Shown here piece after piece: positions 1 to 12,869 of a stretch of 64,000 nucleotides of DNA. Under the pieces are notes generated by a model. It was not told where the DNA came from. It saw only the letters and a list, made by a program, of their open reading frames with translations, and ran no database searches. Position 1 is the stretch's first letter, and every line of letters begins with the position of its first letter. This stretch comes from the human T2T-CHM13v2.0 reference genome, Homo sapiens. Location: NCBI RefSeq assembly GCF_009914755.1, contig NC_060930.1; one strand, written 5' to 3'. The position numbers and the translations under genes are program-made.

Positions 1-19
1 CGCCTGTGCCAAGATGCGG
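1..19 (+). CDS. ANKS1A: ANKS1A coding exon, 3' end only (...ACAKMR), PTB domain
   Basis: GCC TGT GCC AAG ATG CGG followed by a GTAGGG donor at 20; in phase 0 with the next exon. Confidence 0.85.
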
Positions 20-209
20 GTAGGGTGCCTGTGTGGGCTGGAGGGCGCTGTGGGACTGGCCAGCAGAAGGCAGCAATGGGGGCAGTAGCTGCAGTTGCCT
101 GGGCCCTGCTGCACTATGTAAGGATGGGAAGGAAGCTGGGACCTGTGGAAGCCCAGGAGGCTTAGCCCTGAGAAGGGGCACTGACAGGGCCACCCCTTGT
201 TTCCTGTAG

Positions 210-296
210 AAATCTACGGAGCACATGAAGAAGATCCCCACCATCATCCTGTCCATCACATACAAAGGTGTCAAGTTCATCGATGCCTCCAACAAG
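210..296 (+). CDS. ANKS1A: ANKS1A PTB-domain exon ([29 protein letters not shown])
   Basis: ttcctgtag acceptor, AAG|GTGTGC donor, 87 nt in phase 0-0; peptide recognised as the ANKS1-family PTB domain. Confidence 0.95.
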
Positions 297-913
297 GTGT
301 GCTGCTTACAGGGACTCTTGGTGGGAGTGGGACCCACATCCCCGTCAGACCCACAGGGCTCCAGGGCAAGCAACCCGGCTGCCCTGTCTCATCTCTTATC
401 TCCCTAGAGGGTCCCCAGTCCTCTTATTACTTCCCACTTTGCTAAGAGGCGTGTCTCTCATCTGCTGGCCTGGGTGCCTGCTGTCAGCCCCGTCCCCGCC
501 CTAGTGATCACTGCTGTTAGCCTCGCCACCTGGGCTCCACTGGCCGCACACCTGCTCACAGGTGTGATTCCCTCCGTGAGCAAAGGACTTTCTCTGTGTG
601 CCACCGTGTGGGATCCCACCTTCCTGACACCCTTCCCACTTTGCCCCCACCCTGGAAGGTGGGAGGGGCTGGGGAGAGCTTGTGGTTGGGTGTGAACATT
701 TTACTGCCTTAGTTGTTGTGGTAAGGGGTGGAGACCCCAAACCAAAATCGGGGACCCCCACCCCCACCAATAAACAAAATGAGAAGATGAAGGGGGGTTT
801 GCTTGATGCTCTAGGCTGGGACAGAGAACAGTGACAATGGTAACAGGCTGGGGCAGGGGGTGCCAGAGGCATGCCTGAGCCTGAGAATTCCAGAACACGG
901 CTTTCCCCAGCAG

Positions 914-1051
914 AACGTCATTGCAGAGCACGAGATCCGGAACATTTCCTGTGCGGCCCAGGACCCGGAGGACCTCTGTACCTTTGCCTACATCACCAAG
1001 GACCTGCAGACCAGCCACCACTATTGCCATGTGTTCAGCACCGTGGATGTG
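914..1051 (+). CDS. ANKS1A: ANKS1A PTB-domain exon ([46 protein letters not shown])
   Basis: ccccagCAG tandem acceptor (911 or 914), GTG|GTGGGT donor, 138 nt; typical PTB 'ISCAAQD...FAYIT...HYCHVF' motif. Confidence 0.95.
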
Positions 1052-1285
1052 GTGGGTGGGGTCCTGGGGCCGGGTGGGGCAGGCTTGGGTTGCAGCCCTG
1101 AGGCGTCCAGCCCCATTGCAGGGCACAGATGCGGCGCTGTCCTGGCCCCTGGCCAGTGCCTGGCAAATGTTTGGTTCATGAATGGAGCCCAGCAGCACTC
1201 AGGCCGGTCCCCTTTCACAGTGATGAGACTGACGCGCAGAGGGAACAGGGACTGGCCCAGGGCACTAGGGACAGGAGGTTCCAGC

Positions 1286-1420
1286 TTTTTTTTTTTTTTT
1301 TTTAAGAGATGGAGTCTCACTATGTTGCCCAGGCTTGCCTTGCACTCCTGGGTTCAGGCAAGTTACCCACCTCAGCCTCCCACGTAACTGGATAATAGGC
1401 GTGAGCCACCGCCCCTGACT
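1286..1420 (-). mobile_element. Alu monomer (FLAM-like)
   Basis: Poly-T followed by a reverse left-arm Alu; flanked by a ttccagctttt duplication. Confidence 0.8.
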
Positions 1421-2084
1421 TTCCAGCTTTTTGGCGAGTGTTTTCTTAGGTCAGGCAAGGCCTTTGTTTCCCCCGGCTCCCTGCCCTAGGTCTCCAACCT
1501 CTGGCTGGGCCGCCTCCCAGAAATGCCCTCTACTTCCCTCTTAGGGGCAGTGGTGCCCTCTTTGGCAGATTTTCTTCCCTCAAATTCCTGCTGAGGCTCG
1601 GCTCTGGATGCCACTGGGCCGAGGAGAGTTCATTCTCACACAGCTGCCCACAGGGAGCAGACCAGAACTGACAGCCCACAGGCGGGGGTTCCCTCTAACC
1701 TGCAACAAAGCATGAGAGTGGCCCCAGGCTGCTTCCTCACCCCGGGAGGAAGTCAGAGGGGTCCAGGTCTCTGCCGCCCTCAGGGATAGCAGCTGCTTCC
1801 AGAATCTCTGTGGCTCCTGGAATACAGGCAGCTCTGGGCATCCCCACACTCCTGGGACCTCATCCACCCCAGTCCTCTGTTTGCTCTGGGCCAGTGAAGG
1901 TTAGGAGGAACCAGGCTTTGCTGCTTGCTGGCTGTGTGAGCTTGGAAACATCGCATCTGCCTGCTTCCTCATCTGTCTGGAGGGGATATAATGTGGCCCA
2001 CCTCAGGGGCCACTGTGAGATGGATGAGGTGGTCCACACAGCACAGTCAGTGGCATTTACCTGTTGCTGACTTTTCCCACATAC

Positions 2085-2350
2085 ACTCAGTTCTGCTGTA
2101 ACGCCACACATACGCTCCTAACAATCACTGTGCTGTGTAAAATCACACAAGGAAAACCACAGGGTTTATGGGGAAATGGAGTTAGGGGCACAGCACTCAC
2201 AGACTTTGTCGGTGACACATTAAAAATAAAAGCACTAGCACCACTTACATTAAATGGTAAGAAATACCCAAGTACTGCTGCAGGCACGGCACCCTGCCTT
2301 GGAAAAGACCTGCCGTAGGCTTACAGCAGTGTGCACCTGCCCTCCCCGCA
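2085..2350. mobile_element. Old TcMar-Tigger-like DNA transposon remnant
   Basis: cagttctgctgtaacgc...ggggcacagcactc resembles recalled Tigger-derived consensus; subfamily uncertain. Confidence 0.35.
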
Positions 2351-2559
2351 GCCCAGCTCCCGGCCACATCCTGTGTAGAGCGGGAAGAACAACAGAGACC
2401 TAGGAAGAGTAAAGGAGGGAAAGGAGGGAAGAGTGGAAGGAGGTAGGAGCGCTCCCGGGTAGACTTAGAGGGGGACACATGGTCCCTGCGAGGAAGGGCA
2501 TATCCAGTGTGAAGCGGCTCCTGAACCAGGTGCTTAAGTGGTGATCTGCTTCCTCCCAG

Positions 2560-2730
2560 AACCTGACCTACGAGATCATCCTGACGCTGGGGCAGGCCTT
2601 CGAAGTGGCCTATCAGTTGGCCCTGCAGGCCCAGAAGTCCAGGGCGACGGGCGCCTCTGCAGCTGAGATGATTGAAACAAAATCTTCCAAACCGGTGCCT
2701 AAGCCTCGGGTCGGCGTGAGGAAATCCGCA
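2560..2730 (+). CDS. ANKS1A: ANKS1A exon ending the PTB domain ([23 protein letters not shown]...VRKSA)
   Basis: tcctcccag acceptor, GCA|GTACGT donor, 171 nt in phase 0-0; 'TLGQAF' C-terminal PTB helix. Confidence 0.95.
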
Positions 2731-3063
2731 GTACGTGGGCCCCACTGGCCAAGATCCCCCTCTCCCTGGCCCCAGGGATTCAAGGGCTCAGGGTGGTCAG
2801 CGTGAGGAGGGTCTTCTGGCACTTCCAGAAAGCTGGCCCTCCAGGGAAATGACCCTCTTAATTGTCCCCCAACCCTGCCAGGTCTCGCCCCTGGAAAGGC
2901 AGCAGCTCCTCTGGCCTGGGCGGGCCTCTCATGCTCCTGTTTCCCTCCCTCGCTGGGCTCCCCCAAGGGCAAGGCCGTCAAGGGGCTGCAGAGAGCGGCC
3001 TGCAGGCAGCCCCCAGTAACTGCGCCATCCCTGTGTCTGTGTCTGCTTTGCTCTGCACCCCAG

Positions 3064-3162
3064 GTGCCGCTGCCCCCCGATAGTCGCTGTTGTTACTGTC
3101 ACACCTGCACCACCCACCGTCCTTCCTACCTACCGCTGCCATCTGTTAGTCCTGGAGTCAAG
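3064..3162 (+). CDS. ANKS1A: Candidate in-frame cassette exon of ANKS1A (VPLPPDSRCCYCHTCTTHRPSYLPLPSVSPGVK)
   Basis: Pyrimidine tract plus cag at 3061-3063; 99 nt, open in phase 0; donor AAG|GTCTTT is weak. Confidence 0.55.
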
Positions 3163-3745
3163 GTCTTTACGCCTCCTGCTGTCTTGTGTGTCAGTCTCCC
3201 CGAAGTGACCGTGAGCGCTCTTAGCCTCTGGCGGCCTCTCCCTCTGCCTGTGTGACATTCTTTCCCCTCTTCCTGAGATGCCCTCTGCCTGTTCTGTGTG
3301 TGCTTCAGCCCTCTCTGTTTTTCTGTTGTGTGTCCTCTCTCCAGAGGTCTGGGGTGACTGCTGTGGTCTTGCCTTGGGGTGAGCTCTCTGGGCCTACCAG
3401 AGAGACCCGAGGCTGGACATTTGCAAGCCCCATATCCCCTTCCTGCCCAGTGTGAGTGGGTCTGGGGCTTAGAGCAGGAGGCCCGCCTAGGACAGGGGTC
3501 CTTTAACTGAGCAATCCCAAGAAATCCCGGAGAGAAGCTGTGCCTGGAGGTGGCCCTCCCCAAGATGCTCCAGGAGGGTGTCCCTCCTCCGCCTGCCCCC
3601 AGGGGCCTGCTCTTTGGCCGAGGAGAATAAGGGCTGCCCCTCCCAGCACAGGGGCCACAGCCTGGCCTGGGGGTGGGAGGGGCCTGCTGCCTCCAGCCCT
3701 GGCACAGAGCTCCCTCTGACTCTTGACTGCTTCCTTGTTTGGCAG

Positions 3746-3843
3746 CTGGAACCACCTGATATGGACCAAGATGCCCAATCCCATGCCAGTGTCTCCTGGG
3801 TTGTGGACCCCAAACCAGACTCTAAGCGGAGCCTCAGCACCAA
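3746..3843 (+). CDS. ANKS1A: ANKS1A penultimate exon ([32 protein letters not shown]); reads through to TAA at 3865 if the donor is not used
   Basis: ttgtttggcag acceptor; AA|GTATGA donor at 3844; unspliced read-through gives ...STKYETTIF*. Confidence 0.9.
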
Positions 3844-5399
3844 GTATGAGACCACTATCTTCTAAAACAACCCACTCCCTGTCTCCACTAGTCTCACTGT
3901 GCCTTTGCCATCCGATCTTTCTGCTGTCCTCAACTCTCTCCTTCCAGCTGCTGATGCCAAGGCCCCACCTGCACTGGGACCTGCTCCTCTTGGGCGGGCG
4001 GCAGCGTAGACGCTGTACACTTGCAGCTCTCGCACCTACCACCACCGAACACTGTGAATTCTCCCCCTTGGGCTGAGGACAGCTTGAGGGGGTGAGTTGC
4101 CTTTGAGGTGGGCATCAAGAGGGCTCAGGGGTTCTGTTGCACCCTGGAAGCCTCCACGGGCAGGCACTGTGAACCCCGACGGGCAGGGCAGTCTCCAGCA
4201 GGATCCCAACGGCACTGATAGCTCCCCAGGGTTGGGCTGGGCTCTGTGTGGCTCCCTCCTCCTGTCTGCTGTACTGAGCCACAGCTGGGCACCGTTGCCA
4301 AGAGCTAGCTGACTGTTCTCACCTCTCCTGAACCAACCAACCACTGTGACCACCCAGTGCCAGAGTCCCCAGCACTCTGCTCACAGCCGGCCTGCAGCCC
4401 CACCCCACTGTCCTCCGCTACTCCGAGGTGCTGGCCTCACTCTCATGGCTAGGCCCTTGTGAGACCTTGAGCTCAGTGATGTGGCTGGACCAGGGACAGA
4501 CTGCTTTCTGTGAGGGCCCAAGATATGCGCCAGGCCCTTGGGTCCGTGCTGACTGCCCCACTTGGGGCTCTGGGTATCTGAACACTCACAGGCTGGCTCA
4601 CACAGCAGGTGTCTCAGTCCTGATGGGCCTTCCCCTCCAAGGAGGTGGGTGGCATGTGTGTGGACAGCCCCTCTATCTTCGCCATGGAGTCTCAAGGCCT
4701 GGCAGCCTTGGGCCTGGCTCTGGAGTCTAGCTCACTGAGGAGGAAGGCCTTCCGTAGAACCAACGAGGAGGCGGCCTGTGCCCTGCACACACGGCGCACC
4801 TTCTTCCCTCACAGAACAGAGCTGCTGGAGGACAGGGACCTGGACCAAGTGGCCTCCATTGTCCTCTGGGAGCTTTCTGACACTCTCCACGGTGGGGGAT
4901 CACAGATAGACAGCGCCGTCCAGCATGCCCCTGACCACCTCCCTCAGCCTCCTGACTCCTCCGAAAGGAGAGGCCGTCCCATCGCAGCAGCTCAGAAGCT
5001 GGGATGGTGGAGCTGAGTCTTTGAAGAGGCACCCCATTCTCCAGTGTGGGCAAATCAGTTTGGATGGCAGGAGACAGGAAGGAAGCGGCGCCCATAGGCA
5101 GCCGTGCACACATAGCAGAGTCCACTAGGAAAGCCAGTCGGCCAGGGCAGTCAAAACCCAAGTCGATAAACTGGGTGGGTCCTGCGTACCCACCCATCCT
5201 TGTGCCTTCCTGAGCAGAGTCACTGAGCCAGAGGCAGTGGGGGCTGCAGGCTGTGGGTGCTCAAAGCAGGCATGGAGGGTGCCCCGGGGAGGCTGTGAGG
5301 GATCGTCTGTCCTGCTCTGTGTTTCCTTTCCATTTCCTCCACCGTCCGCAGGCCCCATTGGTTAACCCTTTCCTCCCCCCATTGTTTGCTTCTGCCAAG

Positions 5400-5403
5400 C
5401 TGA
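5400..5403 (+). CDS. ANKS1A: ANKS1A terminal exon coding part (AA|C TGA = Asn-stop, C-terminus ...SLSTN)
   Basis: Branch-like gttaac, pyrimidine tract and aag acceptor ending at 5399; the join reproduces the recalled canonical STN C-terminus. Confidence 0.8.
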
Positions 5404-8200
5404 GCCACTGAGGAACCACACTGTGCTGCGGAAACATAGACGTGGGGGCATAGGCTCCCACTGCCACCACCGCCATCGCCTCACCTGCAGCTCTGAAGAC
5501 CCAGGCCTCACCTCCGCCTGCAGGACCTCCTCTTGGCCACTTGGCCTGGGCCTGCCACCACCACGTCCTGCAGAACGAGCCCTGCCTTGGCTGTGGAGAA
5601 GCACTCCAGGCCGCTAGCAGATGGGACTGGCATTCCAGAGGGTCAAGAAGTGACTTGTTCAGAACACATTGTTTTTAACAGAAAAAAAATCTTTTTATAA
5701 AATGAACTTTTAACACTTGGCTCAAACCTCTAGGTCATACTGCCAATCTTTAGACAAATGGCCATGGGGCAGAGGACAGGGGAGCTGAGGTTGGTTCAGA
5801 GGCCAGCCTGCATAGCCTCTGTCCTCAGGACGGAACTTGGGTGCAGCTCAGTGGGTCGGAAGAGAAGGCGGTGGCCTGTGGGTGAGGGGAACGGAGCAGG
5901 CTCAGGCAGAATTGAGTACGGTGCGTCTGCTTTTCAAACCCAACCATATCAGCTGCTGCTCTTTATGAACTGCCCAACTTCCTGTCCCTTTCAGGGGCTA
6001 GACACAGGCTTCTCGTAAGAACACAGCCTTAGAGGCACCTGAGCAACTCAAAGGTTTCCGGTCCATTTCTGGGGTTCCCGATGGGAAGGTTCAGTGGCCA
6101 AATGAAGATAAGTGTGCAGTTTCTAGTGCTGGGAAGTCTTAGCCAGCACCAGAGCGCCAGGCCTCTCCCTGGCCTCTTACCTGTCAGTGATCGGAGCACT
6201 GCCCTGGGCTGGCCGGCGCCGTACTGCCTGCGTTGTGTCAGAGAATAGGAAAAGCAGCTTTGTTTGGGGCATTAATGCTTGGAGTGGGGTCAGCTAAGGT
6301 TGCTACTTGCCAATTTGTGATTTGTCTAATCAGCCTGTGTGATTGGGGCTCATTTTGATTCTCTGAATTATCGGTTTGACGGTTACACTTGGCTGCTGGG
6401 CCCATCCCTGGCCCCCGGTGTGGAAAAGGCTAAATAAGGTGACAGTGCATCGATGCTCCCCCGCGTGGCCTTTGGGGCAGGCTGGCATCCCGGTGCGCCT
6501 CTGCTTCTTAAGCTTTCCTGCTGCTCGCTTTGTTTTTAAAAGTAACTTGGGTTGCATTCTTCCCTCTGGACTAGAGTAGAAATGCAGGGGAAACTGCTGT
6601 GGATTTGAGAGGCAAAGTTGGCTCAGCTGTGTGCCCAGTTCCTCCTGTGGGCACTTTAGCAGGCTCCGAGCTTTCCTGGCATAGGTCAATCAGGTCCCAG
6701 GATGAATAATCCAGGCTTCAGCAACACTCCTCTTTCCCAGCCAGCAAAGGCTGTGAATTTGAATTCTTTGTTGGTATGTATGTGCAGGGAGTACTGTTAG
6801 GCACATTCTTAACCCATGTGGTTGGCCAGAAATCAGAAGTGGGGCTGTGTCTCTGACTGGCTAGAGGCCAGGCCTTGTGGGTTTCTATCTGCTAAGCACC
6901 CAGCAGGTTGGGGCCTGGGACTCAGCTCTCTCTGCGGTAGAGGCAGGCCCTCCTCCACTTCTTGGTACTAAACGAAGATCTCGACACCTTGCAGTTTTAC
7001 TTCATTTCCTGCCCCTTTCAGGGCCTGTGAGGATGCCCATGAGCTACCGCTGTACAGTTCTCGGCCCCGGCTTTCTTCCAAGAGTTGACCAGGAACCCTA
7101 AAGCATCCAGAGTAGACTGCGCTGCCACTGCGCACATGCTGGTGCCCGTCTTCCTCCTAAGGGGCCAGGCCACATCCAAGTGGGCCTCTGTCGGGGGCGG
7201 GGCGGTAGGTCCGAAAGAAACCGCAGACACTACGATGCACTCCTCAAGCTGTCTTTTGTGCTTAGATCATCCATAGGTGTTTCTTCTGCTTGAAGCTGCT
7301 ATATCATCTTTATTTATTCAGGGTATTTTCATATTGGAAGCCTTGGCTAGTCTGCTCTAGCTCTGGGTTCTGTTTAGAGATTGGTTTATTTCTGAATATT
7401 CAAGAAAGGAAAATGACTGGGCCTTTCTTTCTTTTCTTCTCCTCTGGGATGGGTAGTCTCCCTTTCCTAGAAAGGTTATTATAACTTTAAGGACAGGCTT
7501 CAAGTGGGAAGGCCCCTACTTTTGCACTTCTCCAAGTGCAGGTCACACCAGGGGCAGACCCTGTCGCTGCGTTTCTGAACTGTGAAGGAGCCCATTCGGG
7601 TGGGAGACTTCAGATGGGCTCAGTACCTGTCCCAGCCACAGGCTTCTTGTCCACCTCTTCTCCCCTGCCCACCAGCTGCTCAGCGCATAAGACCTTCCCG
7701 ACAGGCTCTGCGTGTGCAGCTCTCTGCGTCCCTCCTGGGCCCTCCAGCGTCAGACACTAATGGGAGTTCCCGAGATGCTCGGGTTTGAGCAGGGAGCAGG
7801 CAGAGCTGCAGTCAGAGACATTAGAAAACCAGTCTGAATTGGGTCTGTCTTTGAGATGCCCAGGCCAGCAGAAAGCAGCTCAGAAGTATTGTTGCTCATG
7901 GTGTGGCAATGGACTGAACTGTAATGAAAATGTTATTTAATCTTTGTCTCTGTATTTTGATACTTGAATGACTTTCCCTTTTGTTTTACTGTATATAAAA
8001 TTGTTAATCTGTCTGATTTTGTCTGAATTATAAACACTTTGAGGTACCAAACATAACCAATCTGTGCAACAACATAGACTGACCTCAGTACCCAAGAGAG
8101 TGTAAATATTTCTGGGCTTCCAGCTTTGGTTTTGTTATTTTCATAACTGTACACAACTTAGAACAGACTGAATTAATAAATGAGAAGCGACATGAACGCA
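5404..8200 (+). other. ANKS1A: ANKS1A 3'UTR (about 2.8 kb)
   Basis: Sequence with no obvious interspersed repeats after the stop, becoming AU-rich at 7920-8180 and ending at AATAAA. Confidence 0.75.
8175..8180 (+). terminator. ANKS1A polyadenylation signal AATAAA
   Basis: AATAAA with several upstream TGTA elements and a downstream T/GT-rich tract (about 8205-8250). Confidence 0.8.
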
Positions 8201-11200
8201 GCCTTAATTCTTCTGAGTCTTTGAATTGGAAAGCGTCTTGATGGTTTTCTGGCAGAGGCGTGGGCACAGGCGAGACGCAGGCTCAGGATCAGTGATTCGC
8301 ATCCTACACCGTTTGGCTGAGATGACGACAGCTTGGCTGTTTGGCTTTCTGTCTCGCACTCTCTAACAAACAGTTAGTTACAGCTGTGCTGTGAGGCGCA
8401 AGGGCCCCAGGATTCACCTTCCCCTCCTTAGGAACATCGTTCTGTGAACACCAAGCCAGGGCCACATTCTAGTTACTGCTGCAGTGGCATCTCTTCTGCC
8501 TCTTGGTCTGGGCTTGTCCACCCATAGACATGAACCGAACATCTGCCTCCCAGGCAGCCTGGGGGATCTAGAGCTGTGAAAGAAAGTGCTCTCCTTTCAG
8601 GAACTTGCTTGGATTGCAGAGGTTAAGTTTTAGACATAAACAACTAGCTACCAGCCCGAAGCCGTGCTATGGTAGGGATGCAGAGGGCAAAGTGTTCCCA
8701 GAGGGCTGGTGGCAGGGAGAGGAAGGGGCAGGGTGCTGAGCTGTATTTAAAGGGGAGAATTTGGGAAAGCACAAGCAAGCGGTCATAGCGGCCCCTTCAC
8801 TGATTGACGGAGCACCTTGGCCCCTTCACTGATGGAGCACCTGTGTTCCAGCTCTGCTAGCTTTCCAGGCAACCATCTCATTAGCCCCACTCCTTTCCGG
8901 ACAGGTGTTGTCACCTCTATTCATAAAGCAGGGCCCAGGGCCTCTATTCATAAAGCGGGAGGGACCTTGAGCCCCATCTGGTCCAGTGGCTCCAGCTGCC
9001 AGAGCCCCTGTTCCTAGGCCTGTTTCAACCCCAGCTGCCTAGCACTGAACGCTTTTATTCCTGAGTTTCTGTGGACGCTTCCGTTTCTTAAAAGGGCCTT
9101 AAAAAAGAAAATTCACTTATCTAGTTCAGTACCCATATTGAACATAAACAATAGTTGTTTATGTCTAAAACTTAACCTCTTTTATTGGTAGAGAAAACAA
9201 GGTCCAGACTTGGAAAATGATTCTCTCCTAGCCAGCCTGCCAGCGAATGGCAGAGAGCCAAATCCCAGGTTGTAACTCCCAACTAGGGCTTTGTAGGCCA
9301 CACTGCGTTGAGTTGGGAAAGTCCACTGAGGCCCAGTGGGGGAGGCCTCACATTCCAGAGGGGTTCTTCATCCCCACATCCCTTGGCTCCCTGGCTATGG
9401 CGCTCTTTCCTAAGCAGAAGAAACCTGACAGCCAGAAGAGAAAGGTCAGGTCATAACTAGTGTCATCAGGGCACCAGGACACATAGCTGCTATCATCATC
9501 CCTTCTGGGACCACCTTACACATTCTGCCTCTGTGTGAGGCACAATCCCTGGCCTCTTCCACTCATTCCTTTCTCCCCCTTCAGGGGCTCATTTCTGTCA
9601 TACTCCTCCACATCCTCATGAGCCTCCCCTTCACAGATGCTCAGGCTCCTAGACAGCTGGGTTGTTACTACTGAAAATTGGGATAGATCAATCCTCAGCA
9701 ATGACCAGGCCACGGAGGAGGAACTTTCAAGCTGGAGCACTTTCCAAGGCAGCTCAAAACACCCTCTAGTCAGCCATGGCCACCCCTGACTTCCTGAACC
9801 CAGAGGGTATCCAAGTCCCATAAATAGGGACAGGCCGACTATCTAGTGTGTCATGCAGTTCAGCCTGGGGCTCACACTGCACCCACTGTCATCAACTAAC
9901 AACAAGGAAAGCTAAAGTCTGAACCATCCCTTCCTCCGTGCAGCCTCTACGACTTTGAGACCGCTTTTTTCAGGATTCGGCTGTTAGGAACACTATTATA
10001 AACAACTATTTACCAAATAGAATTTTCCTAACACCATAAAATATTTATTACTCAGTAAATGGAGCTGGGACAATTGGGCAGCCAAGGAGGAGGGAGTGCA
10101 GGGAGATTCCTGTTCCAACTTATGCCAAAATAAATTCCAGATGGCTCACATATTTAAATGTAAAAACAAAAAAACAAACAAAACTCAAAGCTAGAAGAAA
10201 ATGGGAGGCTTTTTTTTAATAAGCGTGGTTTGAGAAAGGCCTTTCCAAACGTTATAAAACCCTGAATCCATTTTTTAAAAAGGATTAATATATTTGAGTC
10301 TATAAAAACTAAACATTTCTGCATAGCAAAATGCACCTTTGAGAAAAAGAAACAATGGAAAACTAACATGTGCACCACATGTAACAAGGACACCTTGACA
10401 ACAGCTATCAAAAGTAAACTAACGCCTATGTCTCGGAAGATCAGTAGATGCTCTTTTCCCTGCTCTTCCCACTAAGTACGATTAAAACCCCCAGTGGAAA
10501 CACCAGTGGGCACAGACAAAAACCTGTTCTTCCCAGCCAGAGGACCAGGAAAGGGGCAGCTTAGCAAGACAGAAAATTTAGACAATAAATAACTGCTCTA
10601 CTCCAGCCAAGCACCACAGGAAAAATGGGGCCCCACCCAGATCAGCAAAGGCCAAGACCTCTGCCCTCACAAAGCTATAATGAGGTGCCCAACAACCTCA
10701 CGCATGTTGTCAGAGGGGGCCTGGTGAAGAGACAGAACGCTCACCAGCGCCCAGTGATTGTGATGCTGCTCCCGCCTTGGGAGTCAGTGGAAACTACAGG
10801 GGCAGCCGGGAGTGCCACGGCACCCCAGCAGTAACAAGCAGCCTCCCACCTCAGGTGTCAGTGGAGGCCAGGTGGGGAAGCTGGGCTTTGACCCCCAACC
10901 TGGCAGTAGTATGCTATTTCCTTTTCCCTTGCTAGAGTGGTGTCAAAGTCAGCTAAAAGAGAAGGTTTAAATAAGAATGAGAAACAGAAATGTCCAAGTT
11001 TCAATAGAAAATCACTTATCATACCAATATCCAGAAAACTCTCAATCTGAATTTAAAAGGCAGTAATCAATAGATATCAACACTTAGCCAGACATGGTGG
11101 CACAAACCTGTAGTCCCAGCTACTCGGAAGCCTGAGGCAGGAGAATGGCTTGAGCCTGGGGAGGCAGAGGTTGCAATGAGCCGAGATTGCGTCACTGCAC

Positions 11201-11769
11201 TCTAGCCTGGGCAAAAGAGTGAGACTTCGTCTGGAAAAAAAAAAAAAAAAGATATCAGCACCAAGATGGACAGATATTAGAATTATCTGACAAATATTTT
11301 AAAGCAGCCATAAGAAAGTTTCAACAAATAATTATAAACACACTTGTAGCAAAAGAAAAAGTCAAATGTCTGAGCAAAGAAATAAAAGATATAAAGAACC
11401 TATTGGAAATTCTAGAACTAAAAAAATACAATAACCAAAATCAGTGGATGGGCTTAAGAGTGGAGTGGATGGGAAAGGAAAGAATGCACCATAAACTGGG
11501 AAACAAAACAACAGAAATTACCCAATCTGAACAACAGAGAGAAAACAGATTGAAAAAAATGAACAGCATCTCAGGGACCTGTGTGACCATAACAAAAGAT
11601 CTAACATTGTGTCAACGAAGAAGAGGGAAAAAGAGGCTAAGAAAATACTCGAGGCCGGGTATTGTGGCTCATGTCTGTAATCCTAACTCTTTGGAAGGCG
11701 AAGTGGGAGAATTGCTTGAGTCCAGGAGCTCAAGACCAGCCTGGGCAACATAGTGGGACCCTGTCTCTA

Positions 11770-12847
<1,078 letters not shown>

Positions 12848-12851
12848 TAAA

Positions 12852-12869
12852 TGTTGTCAGAAGTGGGAT
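12852..12869 (+). other. Primer-binding site, tRNA-Leu type
   Basis: TGTTGTCAGAAGTGGGAT matches 17/18 of TGGTGTCAGAAGTGGGAT (reverse complement of a tRNA-Leu 3' end); starts 5 nt after the LTR. Confidence 0.75.

Noticed and set aside
58-75. CTCF-like GGCCAGCAGAAGGCAGCA in an ANKS1A intron
   Set aside because: Mismatch in the core and a GC-rich context where such matches are common.
3126-4045. 209-aa and 180-aa minus-strand ORFs
   Set aside because: Antisense to GC-rich ANKS1A exons and introns; no domain or splice support.
12852-12869. tRNA gene
   Set aside because: Only an 18-nt complement of a tRNA 3' end next to an LTR, so a PBS; the same applies to 24233-24250.
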